From contig CBDHDG010000006.1 in NCBI GenBank assembly GCA_965261595.1, forward strand, positions 64,001 to 128,000: a stretch of DNA of 64,000 nucleotides. The letters are read 5' to 3'. Position 1 is the first letter of the stretch. Each line of letters begins with the position of its first letter. Below, piece by piece: positions 57,890 to 64,000 of this stretch. The position numbers and the translations under genes were made by a program. Below the pieces are notes generated by a model. That model saw only the letters and a program-made list of their open reading frames with translations. It was not told the DNA's origin and searched no databases. Source of the stretch: a bacterium. Its GTDB lineage: Bacteria; UBA8248; JACPRG01; G963555815.

Positions 57890-60691
57890 CTAACTGCACC
57901 CGCTGGTCTCGCCGCAGTTGAGGCAGCGGTAGCAGGAGCCGCTCCGGACCATCGTGTTTCCGCACGAGTGACAGGGCGGCGCGTCCGACTGGGCCTGGAA
58001 AATCGCCTTTTCGGCCTCATTCAGAATGGCGGCCTGGTCTTTCGTCAGGTCCTCTTCCCGGGGGGAGGCCTCTAGGGCGGCGGACGCCTTCGGCGTTCCT
58101 TCCCCTTCGGCGCCGGCTTCTTCGGGGAACTTCATCCCCAGCCACTGGAAGATGTAATCCATCAAGCTCTTCGCGTACCGGATTTCCGGGTTGGTCGTGT
58201 AGCCGGAAGGCTCGAACCGGGTGTGGCTGAACTTGTCCACCAGGACATTCATCGGGACGCCGTATTGGAGCGCGATGGAGGTGAGCGTGGCGATGGTGTC
58301 CATCAGGCCCGAGATGACGGAGCCCTCTTTGGCCATGGTGATGAAGAGCTCACCGGGCTGTCCGTCCGCGTACATCCCCGCATGGATATAGCCCTCATGG
58401 CCGCCGACGCTGAATTTGTGGGTGTGGGACATCCGCTCGTCGGGCAGGCGGCGGCGCACCGGGTCGCGTGTTTCCAGGGTTTTGGCCGCCGCTTGCGGGC
58501 CTTCCCCCTCCGCCCCTTTATCCCCATCGCGGGAGGTGTTCAACGGCTGGGTGCGCTTGCATCCGTCCCGGTAGATGGCGACGGCCTTGAGTCCAAGCTT
58601 CCAGGAGTCGATGTACGTCCGGGCGATCTCCTCCGCCGTGGCCTCGCTTGGCATGTTGACCGTCTTGCTGATGGCGCCGGAAATGAAGGGCTGAACGGCC
58701 GCCATCATCCGGACGTGACCCATGTAGTGAATGGTGCGGACGCCCTTGGCGGGCTTGAAGGCGCAGTCGAAGACGGGCAGATGCTCCTCTTTCAGATCGG
58801 GCGCGCCCTCGATGGTGTCGTTTTCGTCGATGTATTCCACGATCCGGTGGGTCTGCTCATCCGAGTAACCCAGCTTCCGCAGGGCCTCGGGCACCGTTTG
58901 GTTGACGATCGTGAACTGCCCGCCGCCCACCAGCTTCTTGTACTTGATGAGGGCGATGTCGGGCTCGATTCCCGTCGTGTCGCAATCCATCAGGAAGGCG
59001 ATGGTGCCCGTGGGGGCGATGACGGTGGCCTGCGCGTTGCGGTAGCCGTTCAGCTCGCCCAGGTTGACCGCCTCGCTCCACACCCTGTGGGCGGCCGCCG
59101 AGAGATCGGCCGGCAGGTAATCGTGCTCTATATCTTCCACGGCGGCCTGGTGCTTGCGCATCACGCGGAGCATGGCCTTTTCGTTTTGGGAATACCCGGC
59201 GAACGGCCCCTTGTGGCCGGCCGTCTCGGCCGACATCCGGTAGGCCTCGCCCGTCATGACGGCGGCCAGGGCGCCGCCCCAGGCCCGGCCCGCCGGGCTG
59301 TCGTAAGCGATGCCCTGGGCCATCAGGAGCGCGCCCAGGTTGGCGTAGCCCAGCCCCAGGGGGCGGTAGTCGTGGCTGTTTTGGCCGATGCCGGGCGCCG
59401 GATAGCTGGCCCGGTCCACAATGATCTCCTGGGCCGTGATCAGGACCCGGACGGCGTGAAGGTACGCCTCGACGTCGAAGCCTCCCTCCGCGTTGCGGAA
59501 CCGCATCAGGTTGAGGGACGCCAGGTTACAGGCCGAATCGTCGAGGAACATGTACTCGCTGCACGGGTTGCTGGCGTAAATGCGGTCCGTCTCGGGGCAG
59601 GTGTGCCAGTCGTTGATCGTCGAGTCGTACTGGAGCCCCGGATCGCCGCAGATCCAAGCCGCGTCGGAAATCCGGTCCATCAGGTCGCGGGCCCGGTAGG
59701 TCGCGACCACCTTGTTCGGATCGGTGACGGCGTGGATCCGCCATTCGCCGTCTTCCAGGACCGCCCGCATGAACTCATCGGTGACCCGGACGCTGTTGTT
59801 GCTGTTCTGGAAGAAGATGGAGTTGTAGGCTTCGCCGTTGAAGGAGCCGTCGTAGCCGGAGTCGATCAACGCCCAGGCCTTTTTCTCTTCTTTGGCTTTG
59901 CAGTCGATGAACTCGCCGATGTCGGGGTGGCCGATGTCGAGGATGACCATCTTGGCGGCGCGGCGCGTCTTGCCGCCGGACTTGATGACGCCCGCGAAGG
60001 CGTCATAGCCCTTCATGAAGGAGACGGGTCCGGAGGCCTCGCCGCCGTTGGAGAGGGGCTCCTTGGAAGAGCGGATGCGCGAAAGGTTCGTCCCCGTCCC
60101 CGAGCCGTGCTTGAAGAGCATGCCCTCGGTGTGGGCCAGCTTGAGAATGGCGTCCATGCTGTCATCCACCGAGTTGATGAAGCAGGCCGAGCACTGGGGT
60201 TTGTCCTCGATGCCGACGTTGAACCAAACCGGACTGTTGAAGGCGGCCATCTGGTTGACGAGGATGTGCGTCAACTCGGCCTCGAACGTTTCGGCGTCTT
60301 CCGGCGCGGCGAAATATCCGTCTTTCCCGCCCCAGCCCGCGATGGTCCGCGCCACCCGGTCGATCATCTGCCGGACGCTTTTCTCCCGCTCATCGGGATT
60401 CGCCGATTTCTTGAAATACTTCGAGACCACTACGTTGAGGGCCAGCTCCGACCAGGCGTTGGGGACCTCGATATCCTCCTGCTTGAAGATTTCGGCGCCC
60501 TTCTCGTCGTAAATGACCGCGGACCGGTGTCCCCAACCCCCCTCGATGGCGTCATAGGGATGGATGGAGGGGTCGGTGAAAAAGCGAGAGAACTTCAATC
60601 CCGTCCCCTTCCCCGCCTTGGAGACGCGCGCGCGCCCCCCCTTCAACTTCCCCTCTGTCCGATTGGCCATTGCCCTTTCCCCGTCCGCCAT
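57890..60691 (-). CDS. nrdJ: Class II (B12-dependent) ribonucleotide reductase
   Basis: FNSPVWFN, PQCSACFI, GKTRRAAKM, SNPCSEY, ACNLASLN, IAPTGTI, ISKTVN; C-terminal CHSC...CLNCG..GCS. Confidence 0.95.
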   Translation of the reverse strand: MADGERAMANRTEGKLKGGRARVSKAGKGTGLKFSRFFTDPSIHPYDAIEGGWGHRSAVIYDEKGAEIFKQEDIEVPNAWSELALNVVVSKYFKKSANPDEREKSVRQMIDRVARTIAGWGGKDGYFAAPEDAETFEAELTHILVNQMAAFNSPVWFNVGIEDKPQCSACFINSVDDSMDAILKLAHTEGMLFKHGSGTGTNLSRIRSSKEPLSNGGEASGPVSFMKGYDAFAGVIKSGGKTRRAAKMVILDIGHPDIGEFIDCKAKEEKKAWALIDSGYDGSFNGEAYNSIFFQNSNNSVRVTDEFMRAVLEDGEWRIHAVTDPNKVVATYRARDLMDRISDAAWICGDPGLQYDSTINDWHTCPETDRIYASNPCSEYMFLDDSACNLASLNLMRFRNAEGGFDVEAYLHAVRVLITAQEIIVDRASYPAPGIGQNSHDYRPLGLGYANLGALLMAQGIAYDSPAGRAWGGALAAVMTGEAYRMSAETAGHKGPFAGYSQNEKAMLRVMRKHQAAVEDIEHDYLPADLSAAAHRVWSEAVNLGELNGYRNAQATVIAPTGTIAFLMDCDTTGIEPDIALIKYKKLVGGGQFTIVNQTVPEALRKLGYSDEQTHRIVEYIDENDTIEGAPDLKEEHLPVFDCAFKPAKGVRTIHYMGHVRMMAAVQPFISGAISKTVNMPSEATAEEIARTYIDSWKLGLKAVAIYRDGCKRTQPLNTSRDGDKGAEGEGPQAAAKTLETRDPVRRRLPDERMSHTHKFSVGGHEGYIHAGMYADGQPGELFITMAKEGSVISGLMDTIATLTSIALQYGVPMNVLVDKFSHTRFEPSGYTTNPEIRYAKSLMDYIFQWLGMKFPEEAGAEGEGTPKASAALEASPREEDLTKDQAAILNEAEKAIFQAQSDAPPCHSCGNTMVRSGSCYRCLNCGETSGCS

Positions 60692-60850
60692 AAAACCTTG
60701 CTCCTTTCGCTTCTTCCCTGAATTCAACCTTTTACAGATACGAGCCACGGAAGCGGGATGGCCGAAAATCTCCGGAGTGAACAGCCAATCTTTCGCCCCT
60801 ATATCGTAATCCGTAAACTAACTTAACTCCACATGGGACCATGCCGCAAA

Positions 60851-60935
60851 GCACAATATCCTGCGGGGAACGCATTGGACAACACTAGATATAGTGGTGT
60901 CAAGGAAAAAATTTCGATCCCACAATATTTGCGGC
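60851..60935. promoter_or_regulatory. NrdR boxes and -35 element upstream of nrdJ
   Basis: GCACAATATCCTGCGG (60851), ACACTAGATATAGTGG (60882, 31 bp away), CCACAATATTTGCGGC (60920); minus-strand TTGACA at 60898-60903. Confidence 0.8.
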
Positions 60936-61212
60936 TTTTCCCGGAATCGGTTCGTAAAGTAGACGACATTTTCCCGCGACATTGTCTTTCCCGCCGCCAT
61001 ATTCAGCAAAAAAATAACAAAAGTCAAGCCGCCACACAAAACTTTCGGGGGCCGGCATGAGATTTCGGCGCCCTCATCGGCGTATTCGGACCAGGGGCCC
61101 CAGCCATCGCTCACAACCGACGAATGGATGGAATTCAGGAAAAGGCGGGAAGTCGATCATCACCCGAACACAGCCCCGGTTGTCACCTGCCGGGGTGGAA
61201 CTTTTCCGCCCC

Positions 61213-61317
61213 TTACCCCTTTCGGAAAATCGAAAACGCGGCAACCAGAATGATGACGACGGTCGCCACGCCCATCGCTCCCGTTGCCACAACGAACAGA
61301 AAATCCATGTCAATCAT
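61213..61317 (-). CDS. 34-aa single-pass membrane microprotein
   Basis: MIDMDFLFVVATGAMGVATVVIILVAAFSIFRKG with a purine-rich RBS; below the ORF-track cutoff. Confidence 0.5.
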   Translation of the reverse strand: MIDMDFLFVVATGAMGVATVVIILVAAFSIFRKG

Positions 61318-61495
61318 TGACGCGGCTTCCTTCCCCAATCACCCTTCGCCGGTCTCCGGACCGGAGAAGAACGAACGCATGCGGCTCCATCGACTGTCCA
61401 ATAGAATATGTTCTATCCCGCAAAGGTTGGCAAGCCTCGTTCGCCTTCGGTTTCCCCGAGGCCCAGGGCGCCGCGCCGGTCGGAACATCGGCCGA

Positions 61496-61966
61496 TCAGC
61501 CCCGCCGCCTCAACACGTGAAACCGCAGCGCCGCCCGGACCGTCCCGTAGCCGATCAGCGTCATAACAACGGGAAGGACCAGCCCCAATATCCGAGCGGC
61601 GGGGTTGGGGAAGTCGATGATCCATGCGCGCACAATCAACTCGATTCCCATGTACATCCAGAGGACGCCAGCCAGGACCCGGCTGTTTGTCTGTTTCAAA
61701 AGATAAGCGACGCAGAGGATCAACGCGCCGATGGCCAAGACGGCGATTGCGCCGGTCCGGATCACGATCAAGATCCCGACCATGAGCTGAAGGGCGCCAT
61801 ACGCGGTAAACGCGAGGGATCCGTCCGCGATGATCGTCTCCGCCCCTTCAACGCTTTCAATCGGGTCGATCAGCATTCGGCGGACGCGGCACGCCATGGG
61901 AATCCTCGCCGTCCCCGCCGGCGCCTCTCCTTCCCGGCCTCCGGGGCGCGTCCACCCGAACCTCAT
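61496..61966 (-). CDS. Hypothetical membrane protein (~4 TM)
   Basis: Hydrophobic segments; ATGA overlap with the upstream gene; start could be 61876. Confidence 0.55.
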   Translation of the reverse strand: MRFGWTRPGGREGEAPAGTARIPMACRVRRMLIDPIESVEGAETIIADGSLAFTAYGALQLMVGILIVIRTGAIAVLAIGALILCVAYLLKQTNSRVLAGVLWMYMGIELIVRAWIIDFPNPAARILGLVLPVVMTLIGYGTVRAALRFHVLRRRG

Positions 61967-62388
61967 CGCATTCTAACCTGTTGGATGATCCCCCTTTCGA
62001 TCTCTTCATTCGCCCTCGCCACCTGCCGGTGCAACGTGAACAGGTCCACGAACCACCAAACCAAATACGCGAGGAGCCCCAAGAGAGCGATCACGACGGC
62101 CGGGCTTGCGAAGGCCGACCACTCGACGGGTCCTTGGGCGTCCCGCCCGCCGGCCGCGTCCACGGCACCCAGGATGAAGACCAGAACGGCCAGCCACGGG
62201 ACGATGAGGTAGAAAATCCCCTGTCTGACTTTCCCGAGGTAGAACTTGTGAACGGCCAAACCCGAGAGGAAAAACCAGAGCAGGTACGCGACACCCGTGG
62301 ATTTCTTCACCTTGTCGAATTCGCTCCCGAAGATCTCCATCTCCCTCGGGGTCAAGGTCTTTTTGAGCGAGATCAAATCCCCTTCCAT
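61963..62388 (-). CDS. TM2-domain membrane protein
   Basis: KKSTGVAYLLWFFL.GL.VHKFYLGK...WWFVDLF. Confidence 0.85.
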   Translation of the reverse strand: MEGDLISLKKTLTPREMEIFGSEFDKVKKSTGVAYLLWFFLSGLAVHKFYLGKVRQGIFYLIVPWLAVLVFILGAVDAAGGRDAQGPVEWSAFASPAVVIALLGLLAYLVWWFVDLFTLHRQVARANEEIERGIIQQVRMR

Positions 62389-62446
62389 CGCTTCCACCCT
62401 CCGAAAGAAGTCCCTCCGCCGCCCCTCCCCCCCCCCGCGCCCGGGT

Positions 62447-63040
62447 TTACTTCAACCCCTCCTCCAGCCTTTCGCGCGTCGCGAGGTCGTCGACAAAGTG
62501 ATGCGCCTCCGCTTCCACCCCCAGGGCGTTGGCCACCCGGGCGATGTAATTCCGGTAGCTCGCCAGACACGCGATTTCCAGGATTTCAATGTCCGTCCAG
62601 CCGTGCGCGCGCAGGCCCTCGACGTCGGTTTCCGTGATGGAGGCGGGGTTGAGGGTGATCTTCTCCGCATACCCCAGCATGGCCATGTCTTTGTCGTCCA
62701 CGCCGGCGCTTCGCCAATCCTCCTTCAGCTCGAGCATCAGCTTCTTCGCCGCCCCGTCGCCCACTTCACAGAGAAACTCTCCGTGAGAAATCGTTCAGTA
62801 TCGGCACTTGAGCAGGGCGGAGACCGTGACGGCCACCATCTCCTCCCGCTCGCGGCCCAGGCTGGAGCCTCCGAACGTGACGGCGTGGGAGAACGCCTGG
62901 TAGGCCCGCATCAGCTCCGGCTTGAGGCTGTGGACCTTGACGATGTTCCCCACGTAATCCCGCTTCTCGCGGGCCTTATCATAAATCTCCTTGACCGCTC
63001 CGGCGGCTTCCGATTCAGCGACGGTTCCGATCCACGACAT
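62447..63040 (-). CDS. AhpD-like peroxidase-related enzyme, probable selenoprotein (CxxU)
   Basis: ORFs 62795-63160 and 62447-62764 share one frame across a single TGA (62795-62797): VSALLKCRY-TGA-TISHGEFL...YAEKITLNP...GWTDIEI. A hairpin follows the TGA. Confidence 0.87.
62766..62786 (-). promoter_or_regulatory. SECIS-like hairpin
   Basis: UCACGGAGA-GUU-UCUCUGUGA begins 8 nt after the UGA. Confidence 0.6.
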
Positions 63041-63074
63041 CGTCCAACCTCCATTCGTTTCAGGGGACTTGCGG

Positions 63075-64000
63075 TCAAATCTCCGATTCGATTCCCTCAT
63101 CCGCCAGCCGCCGGCCCGTCTCGTAGTAATTCCCCTCGACCGCCCGGAGCCCGTCTTCATCGTACACCTCCGACCAGTCCCCCAGGGGGTAGCCGAACCA
63201 GGGCGTCCGCGGCGTCAGGGGGGGAAGGCCGCATTTCTCCCAGATCGCCCGGGCGCGCTCCATGTATTCCCGCTTCGGCAAAGAAACGGGCGGATACGGG
63301 TGCTTCCGCGTGGCGTCGATCAAGACGGCCGAAAGCCCGGTGACGCCCGGGTAGAACTTCTCCGCCTCCGAAGCGCCGGGAGGTGCGCTGGCCGGGTCCA
63401 GGTTGCTCCCTTTGCCCGAAACGAAGCGCATGTCCCGTTCCGGGATGAGCCGGAAGCTCATGGCCCACAGGATCGATTCCGCGTCCGCCGGATCGATGTC
63501 GTCGTCCACGGCCACGATGATCTTTCCGTAAGTCGGGGAGTAAGACGCGGCGGCGTACAGGGCCTGCCAGGCCTGGGCCGGATTCTCCTTGTCCACCCGG
63601 ATGGCGATGAACTGGTGGGAGCCCCCCATCTCGTGAAAAGACACCTGTTTCACGGCGACGTTGTGGCAATCGTACCGGAGGAACTTGTAGTAGTTGGACT
63701 CATAGGCGATCTGCCTCAGCTTGCTCGACTCGCTGGGCGGCATCTGGCTGATGAAGACCTGGGTGATCGGGTCCCGCCGGTGGGTGACGGCCGTGACGTG
63801 AACGACCGGCGCCATTCCCCGCAGGCCGTAGAATCCGGTGTATTCGCCGAAGGGGGCTTCCGGCTCCAGGTAATCGGTGGGGATCTCCCCCTCGATGACG
63901 ATCTCCGCCGTTGCGGGGACCTCCAGGTCCACCGTCTTGCACTTCACCAGGGGAATCGGCTCTCCCGAAATCCCCCCCGCCACGGCGAGCTCGTCCACCT
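63075..64000 (-). CDS. UbiD family prFMN-dependent decarboxylase (5' end outside window)
   Basis: LVKCKTVDLEVPATAEIVIEG, EAPFGEYTG, KIIVAVDDDID, IDATRK. Confidence 0.9.
   Translation of the reverse strand, partial: VDELAVAGGISGEPIPLVKCKTVDLEVPATAEIVIEGEIPTDYLEPEAPFGEYTGFYGLRGMAPVVHVTAVTHRRDPITQVFISQMPPSESSKLRQIAYESNYYKFLRYDCHNVAVKQVSFHEMGGSHQFIAIRVDKENPAQAWQALYAAASYSPTYGKIIVAVDDDIDPADAESILWAMSFRLIPERDMRFVSGKGSNLDPASAPPGASEAEKFYPGVTGLSAVLIDATRKHPYPPVSLPKREYMERARAIWEKCGLPPLTPRTPWFGYPLGDWSEVYDEDGLRAVEGNYYETGRRLADEGIESEI

Noticed and set aside
60700..61200. Cobalamin riboswitch upstream of nrdJ, or an intein in NrdJ
   Set aside because: No B12-box motifs recognised; NrdJ motifs are contiguous with no insertion.

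Overview
GC-rich bacterial chromosomal window, mostly catabolic and transport genes: four ABC importer operons, amidohydrolases, SDRs, a CoA ligase with a crotonase, an OYE-type reductase, a Mo-hydroxylase large subunit and a UbiD-family decarboxylase. Housekeeping genes include mreB, dinB, yjbQ and nrdJ with NrdR boxes. Highlights missed by the ORF track: (1) two AhpD/CMD-family genes, each split by an in-frame TGA at the second Cys of the CxxC motif and followed by a SECIS-like hairpin, so probably selenoproteins; (2) an NLR-like class III cyclase-STAND ATPase-TPR protein with seven near-identical 138-bp repeats; (3) a livK gene split by a 2.3-kb unit of one IS1380 plus an inverted deletion derivative, bounded by two left ends and a GTAAT duplication; (4) a hairpin- and GGA-rich ~300-nt intergenic sRNA candidate upstream of dinB; (5) an amidohydrolase-fold protein paired with a Rieske ferredoxin, possibly an oxygenase; (6) a low-GC islet with an ART-like LYHGTS protein. 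Many genes carry frameshifts, stops or internal deletions. No rRNA, tRNA or CRISPR array was seen. All calls are from motif recognition by eye; no searches were run.
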